64,000 nucleotides of DNA from Deltaproteobacteria bacterium (GCA_033763315.1 JANRKS010000007.1:64001-128000); one strand, 5' to 3'. Shown: positions 53,607-64,000, counted from the stretch's first letter. A program made the numbers and translations. The notes: generated from the sequence alone by a model not told the origin.

Positions 53607-53697
53607 CGGCGTTGCCCGGCCCAATTCAACCACTTGCGGTTTGTGGCTCCGGGCGGCACTGACATAAATGTCGCGCCGCTCGGCCAACGTTACGATT

Positions 53698-55701
53698 TCA
53701 GTGATTGGCTTTTGTGATCTCGGGCCAGCGGTCAGATCTGAAGGGCGACGCTGGCAACCCCTCCCCATTTTGCAAGTTGCAAACGGGCGCCCCCTCCCAG
53801 CCGTAACGAACAGCCACAGGCTTGGCCACTTCGTCCGACTGGACGACAACGGTGTCGCCATCAATGACGGCCGTGGCGGGAACGAATTTCTGATCCGCAC
53901 CGGCGATCGTGAAGCCGCTCAGCTCACCGCCCGAAGAACGCAGGCCTTCGGCAAATGCAAAGCTCACGCGTATCGAGTGGCCTTGCACCTTCGCAGCCTT
54001 AAAGAGCGGGCCTGAGCTCACCACGGGCTTGCCGTAGTCATTGGCCAACGCAAGGCGGGCCAAACGTTCGCCCACCACCAGTTTGTTGATGGGATGAATG
54101 TCATTGGGATTGCCCACGTCGATCGCCACCGCCATACCGGTGTTTGGCAGCGACAACGCCATCGTCTGTGCCTCGCGCAGTTCAGCCCACTCTTCTTTGG
54201 GCCCGCGATCCACGAAGTTCGCTAGCTGGACGTAATAAAATGGCGTGTTGCCCTGGCGCCAAGCCTTGCGCCAATCTTTGATCATTGCTGCGAACAAGCT
54301 GCGGTATTGGTAAGCGCGGTGGGCGTTGGCCTCGCCTTGGTACCAAAGAAACCCGCGCAAGGCGTAAGGCACAAGCGGCGCCACCATGGCGTCCCACAAC
54401 GCATGCGGAGCGCTTGGATGCGGATACCCCACTGGGGGTTTGGGGCGCACGCTGTAGTCGATCTCCATCGAGGGCAACAGCTTTTCCACACGCATGTTCC
54501 AGCGACCGGCCAACGACAACTTTTCGCCGCTGGCATTCTGCAGATACAGGCCTGTGGCGTCGGATGAAAAGCCACCGCGACCTCGCTCGTCGAAAATGCG
54601 CACCGCCACGAGCAACCGACCGGGCTTCACCAAACTTGCAGGCACCACCACGTTGCGCGGTCGACCATGCGTGGTCGGTGTGTCGCGGCAGCTTTGCCCC
54701 ACCTTCGTACCGTTGACGTAAATCGTGTCGCAGTCATTGAGCAGCCCGAGGCCGAGATGCAGCTCTTGGCCGACCCAGGTGGCGGGCACGGCCACGTCTT
54801 TGCGAAACCAAACGGCGCCATCGCCGTCAAGGCCGCTGTCTTCCCAATGGCCTGGGGCCATGGTCTTTGTCCAGCCGGCCTCAGGGATGCCTGGGTTTGC
54901 GTAACCTGCCGCTTCGCCTTCGTTGATGCCATCGTGGTGGCGGTTGGCGTCGTCCCATTGCTGCAGCGCCGCCTCATACTGGGCGGCCGCTGCGAGGCGT
55001 TCTTCGCGCGTTTCGGCGGTCTTCGTGCCAAAGCCCATCAGCATGCGCTGGCCTTCGGCATTCGACTTGAGCCCGCGTTCGCTGGTCCACGCCTCCACCG
55101 GCGTGCCGCCCCACCAGGTGCCGACGAGCCCCACAGGCACATTCAAAGTGTTCAACAGGCGACGGCCAAAGAAGTAGGCCACGGCTGAAAAATCGGCCGC
55201 TGATTCTGGCGACGACACAGCCCACGCGCCCTCCACATCCTTGGGAGCCACGGGAACTTTTTCCGTGCGCACGACGCGAAACAAACGCAGCCCCGGCAGC
55301 GCTGCATTCGCGACTTCTTCCGCCCCGTTGTCTGAGCGCGATAGGGGCCATTCCATATTCGATTGCCCCGAAGCCAGCCACACTTCGCCCACCAGCACAT
55401 CTTCAAGCGTTATTTCGTTGTGGCCGCGAACCACAAAGCGGATCGTATCAAAGGAAGCGTTCATTGAGGGCAGCAGCACGCGCCATTGCCCGCGTTTGTC
55501 GGCCGTTGCGTGTTGCTTCGCTGGGCCCACCTCCACGGTCACTTGTTCACCGGGATCGGCTGTGCCCCACACAGGCAAGGCGCGGCCCTGTTGCAAAACC
55601 ATATGGCTGCCGAACACCGCGGGCAGTGAAACGTCAGCCTTCACCGCAGGCGCTGCTAGACCAATGGAGACGACACAACCCAAGACAGCCGAAATACGCA
55701 T
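53698..55701 (-). CDS. Sialate O-acetylesterase family (SASA) protein
   Basis: VGEVWLASGQSNME, WGGTPVEAW, WYQGEAN, FYYVQLANF, DIHPINK. Confidence 0.93.
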   Translation of the reverse strand: MRISAVLGCVVSIGLAAPAVKADVSLPAVFGSHMVLQQGRALPVWGTADPGEQVTVEVGPAKQHATADKRGQWRVLLPSMNASFDTIRFVVRGHNEITLEDVLVGEVWLASGQSNMEWPLSRSDNGAEEVANAALPGLRLFRVVRTEKVPVAPKDVEGAWAVSSPESAADFSAVAYFFGRRLLNTLNVPVGLVGTWWGGTPVEAWTSERGLKSNAEGQRMLMGFGTKTAETREERLAAAAQYEAALQQWDDANRHHDGINEGEAAGYANPGIPEAGWTKTMAPGHWEDSGLDGDGAVWFRKDVAVPATWVGQELHLGLGLLNDCDTIYVNGTKVGQSCRDTPTTHGRPRNVVVPASLVKPGRLLVAVRIFDERGRGGFSSDATGLYLQNASGEKLSLAGRWNMRVEKLLPSMEIDYSVRPKPPVGYPHPSAPHALWDAMVAPLVPYALRGFLWYQGEANAHRAYQYRSLFAAMIKDWRKAWRQGNTPFYYVQLANFVDRGPKEEWAELREAQTMALSLPNTGMAVAIDVGNPNDIHPINKLVVGERLARLALANDYGKPVVSSGPLFKAAKVQGHSIRVSFAFAEGLRSSGGELSGFTIAGADQKFVPATAVIDGDTVVVQSDEVAKPVAVRYGWEGAPVCNLQNGEGLPASPFRSDRWPEITKANH

Positions 55702-55766
55702 CGTGAGCGGGACGATGCCTCAAAAGGCGCGGGCTTGCCAACAGCCCAGGCCGAAGCCAGCCTCTT

Positions 55767-56057
55767 TCACATCACGGACACGAGCCCGGTCACACCCCAC
55801 AGGCGTTCATAGATCGCGACCACGTCATGTGCCGAGTCAACGTAGACACGCACCCGATGACTGACGTATTTGCCGCCGCTTGACTGCCGCAGTTGCCAAT
55901 CGGCATCGGGAATGGGTGCGCCGCCTTCTTCAACCAAAGCGCGCACGGTCATGACCACAGCCTCTTCGTTGTGTGTGACCAACGAGATGTGATAAGGCCC
56001 AGGGAAGTGATGGTTGGCTTGCAAAAGCTCAATCATCTTCTGTTTGCGATCGTCCAC
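55767..56057 (-). CDS. DUF493 (YbeD-like) protein
   Basis: LLQANHHFPGPY..SSGGKYVS..VAIYERL; start estimated. Confidence 0.8.
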   Translation of the reverse strand: MDDRKQKMIELLQANHHFPGPYHISLVTHNEEAVVMTVRALVEEGGAPIPDADWQLRQSSGGKYVSHRVRVYVDSAHDVVAIYERLWGVTGLVSVM

Positions 56058-56098
56058 GTAAAGATGGTAGCAGGCACGAGGGCCCACGGAATGGTGCA

Positions 56099-56617
56099 CT
56101 AGGCGGCAGGCTGCACAACGAACGTGGTTTCTGCCATCTCGATGCGAGCCACGGCGCCGGCCATCGGCACACGCACCACGCGGTCTCTTACGGTGAGCGC
56201 TTCGATCGGACGGCGCACACCCGCCTCCTCGATGATGCCCGTCATGCCGTGAAGCAGCGCCAACTCATAATCGCCGTCGGAGCGTCGACGCACCAGATCC
56301 ACGGGCTCAGCGGCGAAGGCGTCGTCATTGACCCCAGGCCCGATGCGATAGCGCATGGCACGCTTGGTGGCGCGTCGCCAGGCGCAACCGGCCGCAAGCC
56401 CCACAGCGACAGACGCGCTGGCAAAGAAACCAGGCGCATGCAGCACAAAACCTGTGGCCCACGTCAGCACCGCAAAACCCGCAAACGCCGCTGTGGCAAC
56501 GCCGGCGGCCGCGGAGGCCGAACAGCTTCCAAGCAGGTGCTCCTGCCGCTTCGACAGCAGCCTCATCGACCGCTTCACCCCGCGCTCCAGCGTGACGATC
56601 TCAATCGGCCTATCCAT
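56099..56617 (-). CDS. Hypothetical membrane protein (2 TM)
   Basis: GGGGGAG RBS-like run, two hydrophobic segments then soluble domain. Confidence 0.6.
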   Translation of the reverse strand: MDRPIEIVTLERGVKRSMRLLSKRQEHLLGSCSASAAAGVATAAFAGFAVLTWATGFVLHAPGFFASASVAVGLAAGCAWRRATKRAMRYRIGPGVNDDAFAAEPVDLVRRRSDGDYELALLHGMTGIIEEAGVRRPIEALTVRDRVVRVPMAGAVARIEMAETTFVVQPAA

Positions 56618-56723
56618 GTGGCTCGGCTCCCCCCTGGGTTGGCTCTCACACTACAGCGGCATGTGAGGCCGCTCTCTTAAGTGTGACACCGGGCTCAGAC
56701 GAAGGTTCGACCGAAAAACGTAA

Positions 56724-56754
56724 AGCGCGGCGTCTTTCTGCGAAGGAGCCGCGC
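56724..56754 (-). terminator. Probable terminator after cyclophilin gene
   Basis: GCGCGGC..GCCGCGC stem with A-rich flank on + strand (T-rich on - strand). Confidence 0.6.
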
Positions 56755-56774
56755 CACGTGAAATGTCTGTCCGT

Positions 56775-57293
56775 CTAGGCGTCGTTGACCGTCACCGACG
56801 TCACCTGGATCGGCGTCTTCGGTCGGTCGCGCCCGTCCGTTGGCGACTTCGAAATCTTGCCGATGATGTCCATGCCCGACACGATCTTGCCGAACACGGG
56901 GTGCTTCGACGGACCTGGGGAGAACCAGTCGAGGTAGGAGTTGTGGGCCGTGTTGATAAAGAACTGGCTGCTGCCGCTGTTCGGGCGGCCGGTGTTGGCC
57001 ATCGAGAGCGTGCCAGGCTCATTGGAAAGCTTGGCGTCGGGCGGGAACTCGTCAGCGATCGTACCATGCGGCGCGTTACCGGTGCCGGCCCGTGAGCTTT
57101 CGGGATCTTTGCTGTGTGGGCAGCCGAACTGAATCATGAAACCATCGATAACCCGATGAAAGTGCAGGCCATTGTAAAAGCCGCTCTTCGCCAAAGTCAG
57201 GAAGTTGAGCGCCGTGTTGGGCATCTTGTCCGTGAACAATTCGACTGTGAAGTCGCCCAGGGTGGTGTGAAAAACTGCGGTTGGGTTTGCCAT
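56775..57293 (-). CDS. Cyclophilin-type peptidyl-prolyl isomerase
   Basis: [39 protein letters not shown]. Confidence 0.95.
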   Translation of the reverse strand: MANPTAVFHTTLGDFTVELFTDKMPNTALNFLTLAKSGFYNGLHFHRVIDGFMIQFGCPHSKDPESSRAGTGNAPHGTIADEFPPDAKLSNEPGTLSMANTGRPNSGSSQFFINTAHNSYLDWFSPGPSKHPVFGKIVSGMDIIGKISKSPTDGRDRPKTPIQVTSVTVNDA

Positions 57294-57427
57294 GGCCGGC
57301 AAGATACCAGGCCGCCGGGGCGGTGGACACAGAACCTGAGCGTAGCGCCGACGAAACGTAACCCATGGCGAGGGGTGGCGGTGGCCCCGTAAAGGTTGAA
57401 AAACAAACAGCCGAAGTGTTGGGAACG

Positions 57428-58963
57428 ATGGATCCAGGCCTGCTCGCACAGCTGAATCGCTGCACCACGCTGCCAACACTTCCCGCTGTGGCCGTTCAGG
57501 TTTTGGACCTTTGCCAAAAGCCGGATCCGCAGATTCCGCAGATTGCCAAGGTGATCTCAATGGATCCAGCGTTGGCGGCCAAACTTCTCAAGATGGTGAA
57601 CTCGCCGCTGTTTGGTCTGCGCAGCGAGGTGACAACCGTCACCCACGCCATCTCAATGCTGGGCCTCAATTCCGTTCGCACGATGGCGCTTTCGTTCACG
57701 CTCGCGCAATCGATCAAGGGGGGCAAGCAAGATTGGTTTAACGCTTATTGGAAACGCTCAGCCCTATCGGCTGTGGCGGCACGTGAGTTGGCGACGATCA
57801 TCGGCATGAAAGAGCGCGAAGAAGCGTTCCTAGGTGCGTTGCTGCAAGACATCGGCATGTTGGTGTTCAGCCAGATCGCCAAGAAAGATTACGACGCTAT
57901 CGCCAACCCCTGCCATGGGCACCATCAACGTCTCGTTGAAGCCGAGCGCGTGAAGTTTGGCTGTGACCACAGTGAGGTCGGCAGCTGGCTTGTGAATAAG
58001 TGGAAACTGCCAGCGGCCTTCGGCGTCGCCGTCCAATACAGCCACACCCCCAAAAACCTGCCCGAAGACACAGCTCAGGAAGTGGCTCGGCTGGTGAATG
58101 TGATCGCGGCGGCGGGACGTGTGGCCGACCTGTGGATGATGGACGACATGAAAGAGGCTCTGACGCCCGCGTGTCAGTTCACCAAAGAGCTGCTGGGAAT
58201 GGAAGCGCCGGAGTTTGAAACGCTGCTGAACAACATGAAGAAGCACGCACCCGAAGTGGGAGGCTTTTTCGACATCTCCTTCGGCTCCGCTGAAGAAATC
58301 GACGCGCTGGTGGAAGAAGCGCGCGACACGCTGGTCATGTTGACCGCCGCGGCCGAGATGCAAATGCAAGAGGCGATCGGCTCGGCACAAGCCCGTGCCG
58401 CAGCGGCAGAGACGCAAGCGCAGCGTGACGCCATGACGGGTCTCGCCAACCGCGCCACGTTCGATGCTTTCATAAAGGATCAGCTGACGGCCGCGCGCGT
58501 GTCAAAGCGTGCATGCAGCGTGATCATGGTGGACGTTGATCACTTCAAGTCCGTCAACGACACCTATGGCCACTTGGCGGGCGACGAGGTGCTCAAAATG
58601 GTGGCAGAGTTGCTGAAGGCGGGCGTGCGGCCACGCGACTTGGCGGCTCGGTACGGCGGTGAAGAGTTTGTGTTGGTGTTGCCAGAAACGCCCGCCGATG
58701 GTTGCAAAGTGGTGGCTGAACGCACGCGCGCCAAAATCGCGGCGGCGGACATTCAAACGCCCTCGGGCGAGGTGCTTCGCGTGACGGTGTCATTGGGCTG
58801 CGCCACGTTCAACCCTGAATTGCATCCAACGCCCGCCCTGCTGATTCAATCGGCCGACGAGGCGCTTTATGAGGCCAAGCACGGCGGCCGCAACCAAGTG
58901 CGCATGGCGGGCGATCTGCACACCGCGCGTTTGGAACCTTTGCTGGCCCAAGCCGGCAAGTAA
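57428..58963 (+). CDS. HDOD-GGDEF diguanylate cyclase
   Basis: [33 protein letters not shown]; [20 protein letters not shown]. Confidence 0.93.
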   Translation: MDPGLLAQLNRCTTLPTLPAVAVQVLDLCQKPDPQIPQIAKVISMDPALAAKLLKMVNSPLFGLRSEVTTVTHAISMLGLNSVRTMALSFTLAQSIKGGKQDWFNAYWKRSALSAVAARELATIIGMKEREEAFLGALLQDIGMLVFSQIAKKDYDAIANPCHGHHQRLVEAERVKFGCDHSEVGSWLVNKWKLPAAFGVAVQYSHTPKNLPEDTAQEVARLVNVIAAAGRVADLWMMDDMKEALTPACQFTKELLGMEAPEFETLLNNMKKHAPEVGGFFDISFGSAEEIDALVEEARDTLVMLTAAAEMQMQEAIGSAQARAAAAETQAQRDAMTGLANRATFDAFIKDQLTAARVSKRACSVIMVDVDHFKSVNDTYGHLAGDEVLKMVAELLKAGVRPRDLAARYGGEEFVLVLPETPADGCKVVAERTRAKIAAADIQTPSGEVLRVTVSLGCATFNPELHPTPALLIQSADEALYEAKHGGRNQVRMAGDLHTARLEPLLAQAGK

Positions 58964-58985
58964 GGCTCGTCGGGCCCCGCTTGAA

Positions 58986-59002
58986 CTGAACTTATGTTCA
59001 GC
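58986..59002 (+). promoter_or_regulatory. LexA (SOS) box overlapping a sigma-70-like promoter of dnaE2
   Basis: CTGAAC-TTAT-GTTCAG(C) palindrome, similar to the Myxococcus LexA box; TTGAAC at 58981 and TACACT at 59003. Confidence 0.8.
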
Positions 59003-59022
59003 TACACTGGGAGATCTCCGCC

Positions 59023-62000
59023 ATGGGATCTACCTACGTAGAGCTGCGCTGCCGATCGGCGTTTAGCTTCCTTGACGGGGCCTCTGCGCCCGAAGATCTG
59101 ATTGAGCGGGCGGCGGCGGTGGGCCTCAGCGCGCTGGCGTTGGGCGACACGGGAGGCGTTTATGGAGCGCCTCGGTTTTTCCGTGCGGGCAAACAAGCGG
59201 GGGTGCGACCGCTTGTGGCGGCCGAAGTGAATGTGCAGGGGGCGCCACCGGTGTTGTTGCTGGCACAGAGCCGGCAAGGCTACCGCCACTTGTGCCGCTT
59301 GATCACGCACATGAAGCAAGGGCACGCGAAGAACGATCTCAGCGCGGCGGTTTCATATGAAACCTTGGAGGCTCACCAAGCGGGCTTGATCGCCTTGGCG
59401 GGAGCCGTGCCACGTGATGATCTGGATCGCCTCAAAGGCATCTTCGGTCCCCAGGGCGTTTATGTGGAAATGCAGCGCCACTGCGACGACGAAGCGGCGC
59501 TTGCCAACAAGCGCGCGGTAGATCGCGCGATCGGTGCCAAGGTGCCTTTGCTTGTGACGAACGACGTTCGTTACACCGATCCTGGCCGGCGCAAGGTGCA
59601 AGACATTTTCACGTGCGCCAAAGAACGCACATCTGTGGATTTGATTGGGCGCAAATTGCTGCGCAACACAGAACGATACTTAAAGTCACCGAAAGAAATG
59701 CAGGCGTTGTTTCGCGATCAGAAACAAGCGTTGCACAACACGCTGGCGGTGGCCGAACGCTGTGAGTTTACGCTTTCGGATCTGGGGTATGCGTTCCCAA
59801 CCTTCGATGTGCCAGAGGGTGAAAGCGAGCAGAGTTATCTTGAGAAACTAACATGGCAAGGCGCAGCCGATCGCTATCCGCGGCTCAACGATAAAACGCG
59901 GCGGCAGATCGAGCATGAACTGCGCATTGTGGGGAAGCTGGGGCTGGCTGGTTATTTCCTGGTGGTGTGGGACATCGTTCGGTTTGCGCGCGAGCGCGGC
60001 ATCATGGCGCAGGGGCGTGGATCGGCGGCGAATTCGGCGATTTGTTATGCGCTGAAAATCACGGCGGTGGATCCGATCGCCATGGAATTGTTGTTTGAAC
60101 GCTTCTTGTCTGAAGAGCGCGTGGCCAGCGCACCCAGCGCTTCAGATCGCATCCCTGACATCGATTTGGATCTGCCCTCAGGGGAGCGGCGTGAAGCGGT
60201 GATTCAGTACGTCTATCAAAAGTATGGTGGGCGCGCGGCGGCGGGTGCAGCGATGACGGCAAACGTGATCACGTTTCGGCCGCGCATGGCGGTGCGCACG
60301 GTGGGCCGGGCTTTGGGGTTTTCCGAAGATCAACTCACCCGCATCTCGAAGCTTCTGCCGCACTGGATCGTGGGGGACGACAAGCCGCTGGCGGCGATCA
60401 TCGCAGAGGCAGGCTTTCCCCCCACCGAAGAGCGCACGCGCTTGCTGGCCGAGGTGGCGCGCGCGGTGCTGAATTTGCCGCGCCATTTGGGGCAACATTC
60501 GGGTGGCATGGTGTTGGCGGCCGGGCGATTGGATGAAGTGGTGCCGCTTGAACCGGCGAGCATGCCGGGACGCACCGTCGTGCAATGGGACAAAGACGAT
60601 TGCGCGGACTTGGGCATCGTCAAAGTTGATCTGCTGGGGTTGGGAATGCTGGCGGTGCTGGAAGAGGCCGCGCCATTGATTGCGCAACACGAAGGCATCA
60701 ACATCGATTACGCGCATCTGCCGCCCGACGATCGCAAGGTGTACAGCATGCTGTGCAAGGCAGACACAGTGGGCGTGTTTCAGGTGGAATCGCGCGCGCA
60801 AATGGCCACGCTGCCGCGCATGCAGCCTAGCCGCTTTTATGATCTGGTGGTGGAAGTGGCGATCATTCGCCCGGGGCCGATTGTAGGTAAAATGGTGAAC
60901 CCTTATCTGGCGCGGCGGCTTGGACGTGAAGAGATTACGTACCCGCACCCTTGCCTTGAACCCATTTTAAAACGCACATTGGGGGTACCGTTGTTTCAAG
61001 AACAACTCATCCGCATGGCGATGGAAGCCGCGGGCTTTACGGGAGGGCAAGCGGAAGAGTTGCGTCGCGCGATGGGCTTTAAGCGATCTGTCGAACGCAT
61101 GAAACAAATTGAAGATGAATTGCGGCAGGGCCTTGTTGATCGAGGCATCGAAGGTGTGTCGCAAGACGAAATCGTCACGGGCATAAAATCATTCGCGCTT
61201 TATGGGTTTCCCGAGTCGCACGCAGCCTCATTTGCGTTGATTGCTTACGCTTCGGCTTACTTAAAAGCGCACCACGGCGCGGCGTTTTTGTGTGCCTTGT
61301 TGAACAATTGGCCGATGGGCTTTTACCACCCCGCCACGTTGATCACGGATGGCCTGCGCCACGATGTGCCCACCTTGCCCGTGGACGTCACGCTTTCCGA
61401 TTGGTTGTGCACTTTGGAACGCACGCCGCAAGGCTCGTTGGCGGTGCGCTTGGGGCTTAAGTATGTGGCGGGGCTGCGCAAAGAGGTCGGGCTGCGCATC
61501 GTGGCCGAACGCACGAAGAAGCCGTTTTGCTTAATGGGTGATTTTCATGTGCGCGTGGCGCCTCGACAGGACGAGATGACAGCGTTGGCGACAGTGGGCG
61601 CGTTCGCAGGGCTAGGTGGACGGCGGCGCGCGGCGTTGTGGCAAGCGGAAGCTTTGGACAAATCAGGCGCGTTGTTCGAAGCCAACACAGCGCAAACAGA
61701 ATCACCATTGCCCGAGATGACGGCCGACGAAGAAGCGTTGGCCGAACTGCGCGGCACGGGCGTCACATTGGGCCCCCACCCCATCAGCTTTGCGCGCGCG
61801 TGGCTGCAAAGTGAGGGCGTGGTGCCGGCCAATCAGTTGCCGAGCCTGCGCAACGGCCAGCGCGTGCGCACGGCGGGCATGGTGATCGTGAGGCAGCGCC
61901 CCATGACCGCCAAAGGGCTTGTGTTCATCACACTGGAAGATGAAACGGGGTTCTCGAATTCGGTGGTGATGCCCGACGTCTTTGCCGAATGGCGCACCAC

Positions 62001-62136
62001 CATCGTGACCAGCGCGGCGTTGATCATCGAAGGGCACGTACAGTGCCGCGATGGCGTTGTGACGATCAAAGCGGAAGCTTTCGCACCCGTGAAGCAAACG
62101 GGGACCGAGGTGTCTCGATCCCACGATTTTCACTAA
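59023..62136 (+). CDS. dnaE2: Error-prone DNA polymerase III alpha subunit
   Basis: YVELRCRSAFSFLDGAS, QGRGSAANS, PDIDLD, LPRHLGQHSGG, YGFPESH, RQRPMTAKG, C-terminal SHDFH. Confidence 0.96.
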   Translation: MGSTYVELRCRSAFSFLDGASAPEDLIERAAAVGLSALALGDTGGVYGAPRFFRAGKQAGVRPLVAAEVNVQGAPPVLLLAQSRQGYRHLCRLITHMKQGHAKNDLSAAVSYETLEAHQAGLIALAGAVPRDDLDRLKGIFGPQGVYVEMQRHCDDEAALANKRAVDRAIGAKVPLLVTNDVRYTDPGRRKVQDIFTCAKERTSVDLIGRKLLRNTERYLKSPKEMQALFRDQKQALHNTLAVAERCEFTLSDLGYAFPTFDVPEGESEQSYLEKLTWQGAADRYPRLNDKTRRQIEHELRIVGKLGLAGYFLVVWDIVRFARERGIMAQGRGSAANSAICYALKITAVDPIAMELLFERFLSEERVASAPSASDRIPDIDLDLPSGERREAVIQYVYQKYGGRAAAGAAMTANVITFRPRMAVRTVGRALGFSEDQLTRISKLLPHWIVGDDKPLAAIIAEAGFPPTEERTRLLAEVARAVLNLPRHLGQHSGGMVLAAGRLDEVVPLEPASMPGRTVVQWDKDDCADLGIVKVDLLGLGMLAVLEEAAPLIAQHEGINIDYAHLPPDDRKVYSMLCKADTVGVFQVESRAQMATLPRMQPSRFYDLVVEVAIIRPGPIVGKMVNPYLARRLGREEITYPHPCLEPILKRTLGVPLFQEQLIRMAMEAAGFTGGQAEELRRAMGFKRSVERMKQIEDELRQGLVDRGIEGVSQDEIVTGIKSFALYGFPESHAASFALIAYASAYLKAHHGAAFLCALLNNWPMGFYHPATLITDGLRHDVPTLPVDVTLSDWLCTLERTPQGSLAVRLGLKYVAGLRKEVGLRIVAERTKKPFCLMGDFHVRVAPRQDEMTALATVGAFAGLGGRRRAALWQAEALDKSGALFEANTAQTESPLPEMTADEEALAELRGTGVTLGPHPISFARAWLQSEGVVPANQLPSLRNGQRVRTAGMVIVRQRPMTAKGLVFITLEDETGFSNSVVMPDVFAEWRTTIVTSAALIIEGHVQCRDGVVTIKAEAFAPVKQTGTEVSRSHDFH

Positions 62137-62140
62137 CAGC

Positions 62141-63283
62141 CTATGACCGCTTCTTGGTCGCGTTGAACAAGCGCGGCAGGATGTCAACCAAGTAGCTGCG
62201 CCACACGGGCCAGGCATGCGCGCCTTCGGTTTCTTTGTACTCAAACGCGATGCCTTTGCCTTTGAGCTCATCGATGAATTTGTGGTTTGCCTCAAGCAGG
62301 AAGTCATCCTTGCCAATCGCGATCCACAACAGTCGCAGCTTCTTATTTAACTCGGCGGGCTTGGCCAACGCCGCCGCAAACGCTTCCGTGTTGCGCGTGG
62401 CCGAGCTCATCCCGCCCACCCAGGCGAACACCTCGGGGTGGCTCATGCCCAACGTCAACGATTGCTCGCCACCCATTGATAAACCCACGATGGCCCGGTC
62501 GCTGGCTTTCGCCTTCGTGCGGTAATGGGCATCCACAAAAGGCACCACGGAGCCAAGCATATCGTCCTGGAACTTCTGCAGGTTCTCTTGCCATCGCTCG
62601 CGGTTCATGGGCACCGCGTGGCCGTCGGTCATCACGATGATCGCTGGCACCGCTTGCTTGGATCCGATCAAGTTATCCGCAATCACGTTGGCGCGGCCAA
62701 ACTCTGTCCACGAGGCTTCATTGTCCGAAAACCCATGCAACAGATAAAGCACTGGGTATCGTGTGGCGTTTTTCTCGTAGCCCGGTGGCGTGTAGACGCG
62801 CAAACGACGCTGCTCACCGACGGCCTTTGACATATACGTGTGCAGATGAACCGTGCCTTCGGCAGCGCCTTGGTACTCATAAGGCGCAGCGGGCACTGAG
62901 GGAACCAACACCACGCTGGTGGTGAAGTTGCGCGATGGCTTATTCCACGCGTTGGCAGGATCGATCTGCGTTTGCCCGTCGATCTTAAAGCTATAGCCCC
63001 ACAGGCCCGGCTTAATGACGACCATCGCAGACCAGATGCCCTCGGCGTCTTTCTTTAGCGGCGTGGCCGCGCCGCCAAAGTCGCCGGCCACCGAAACTTC
63101 CTTGGCCGCAGGTGCGAACACGCGGAATGTGACGCCGTCGGCGCTCACTTGTGGTGAGGTGACGATCGGGTCAGGTTTCTTCTTTGGCTTTTCCACCTTG
63201 GGTGGATCAGCGGCAAACACGAGGGCCGGCTGCAGAGCTGCGGACCCAACCAAAAACAAACCGATGCGCATAAAGCGTTGCAT
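62141..63283 (-). CDS. Secreted esterase (N-terminal E-set/CBM48-like domain + alpha/beta hydrolase)
   Basis: VTFRVFAPAAKEV, VYTPPGY, YLLHG, GLSMGG, GAHAWPVWR. Confidence 0.9.
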   Translation of the reverse strand: MQRFMRIGLFLVGSAALQPALVFAADPPKVEKPKKKPDPIVTSPQVSADGVTFRVFAPAAKEVSVAGDFGGAATPLKKDAEGIWSAMVVIKPGLWGYSFKIDGQTQIDPANAWNKPSRNFTTSVVLVPSVPAAPYEYQGAAEGTVHLHTYMSKAVGEQRRLRVYTPPGYEKNATRYPVLYLLHGFSDNEASWTEFGRANVIADNLIGSKQAVPAIIVMTDGHAVPMNRERWQENLQKFQDDMLGSVVPFVDAHYRTKAKASDRAIVGLSMGGEQSLTLGMSHPEVFAWVGGMSSATRNTEAFAAALAKPAELNKKLRLLWIAIGKDDFLLEANHKFIDELKGKGIAFEYKETEGAHAWPVWRSYLVDILPRLFNATKKRS

Positions 63284-63327
63284 GCCAAACACATATCACG
63301 TTTAAATGATCACAAAGCTTCCGCCTG

Positions 63328-64000
63328 TTACGGCGTGACTGTGGGCGCCCCGTCGCGTGCGGCTGTGACGAGGGTTTGCAGCAAGGTTTCTTTGCCCATC
63401 GCGTTTTGTGACGACACGAAGTGCCCGTCGTACGCCGCAGGCGTGAATTGTTTTTGGGCAGCGGTGAAGCCATTGAGGTTGGCCTTGGTGGCTACAGCGG
63501 CTTTCGGTACGCCCGGATAGTCGGTGAGCACCGGGCCCACCAGTGTGATGCCTGCAGCCAAGCCTAACTCTTGCTGGGTGGGCTCGGGTGAATACGTGTC
63601 CTTTTGACCATAGATGTGCAGCAAGTGTTTTGCAGGCACCATTGGAATAGGCGCGGCCACAATGCGACCCACAAGGTTCACGGGGTCGCTGCGATCAAAA
63701 TACATTTGCAGCACTGAAATCAGCGGATGGTTTTCGGGGCGCTTGAACGGATCCGCGCTGGCGTATTCCATTTGATCGCCCAAGATGGCGGGCAACGCGG
63801 CCTTGATGTTCACCGGTTTTTCTTTCGTCGTGAAGCTAAACGTCAGATATCCGCCAGACCCCGACAGCACAACGGTTTTATAGCGAGGATCAAAACCAGC
63901 GGCCGAAGCCGCGGCATTGGCGCCTTGTGAGTGGCCATAAAGATACAGCTTCGTTTTATCGAAAGTGACGTTGCCTTGGCTGTAGGCCTCGGCCACCTTG
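63328..64000 (-). CDS. Alpha/beta hydrolase-like protein (C-terminal part; starts beyond window)
   Basis: YGHSQGA nucleophile elbow, KDTYSP, DGHFV. Confidence 0.75.
   Translation of the reverse strand, partial: KVAEAYSQGNVTFDKTKLYLYGHSQGANAAASAAGFDPRYKTVVLSGSGGYLTFSFTTKEKPVNIKAALPAILGDQMEYASADPFKRPENHPLISVLQMYFDRSDPVNLVGRIVAAPIPMVPAKHLLHIYGQKDTYSPEPTQQELGLAAGITLVGPVLTDYPGVPKAAVATKANLNGFTAAQKQFTPAAYDGHFVSSQNAMGKETLLQTLVTAARDGAPTVTP

Overview
GC-rich bacterial chromosomal window, most consistent with Myxococcota (MYXO-CTERM-like sorting tail, Cys-rich lipoproteins, DUF1592/DUF1552 pair, Myxococcus-type LexA box). About 50 CDSs; no rRNA, tRNA, CRISPR array or transposase was recognised. Housekeeping genes include nuoA-D, PiT/DUF47, kefG/kefB-like, fdhD, murA, glutamine synthetase III, bcp, a cyclophilin and dnaE2. 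The most interesting items are: (i) a translationally coupled TraB-like barrel/TSP3/OmpA protein plus a 1475-aa Cys-rich/Ig-repeat MYXO-CTERM surface protein, in the reverse order to traAB; (ii) an XPB-like helicase plus DUF790 (Bax1-like) nuclease pair behind a sigma-54-type promoter; (iii) an orphan GNAT / SpsF-aminotransferase fusion / AKR / methyltransferase cassette; (iv) four sigma-54-type promoters with very short predicted leaders, two sharing an identically spaced IHF-like box, one of which drives a 68-aa ORF; (v) a triple intergenic hairpin repeat and a possible pseudoknot leader. All family calls are from motif recognition by eye, not database searches.
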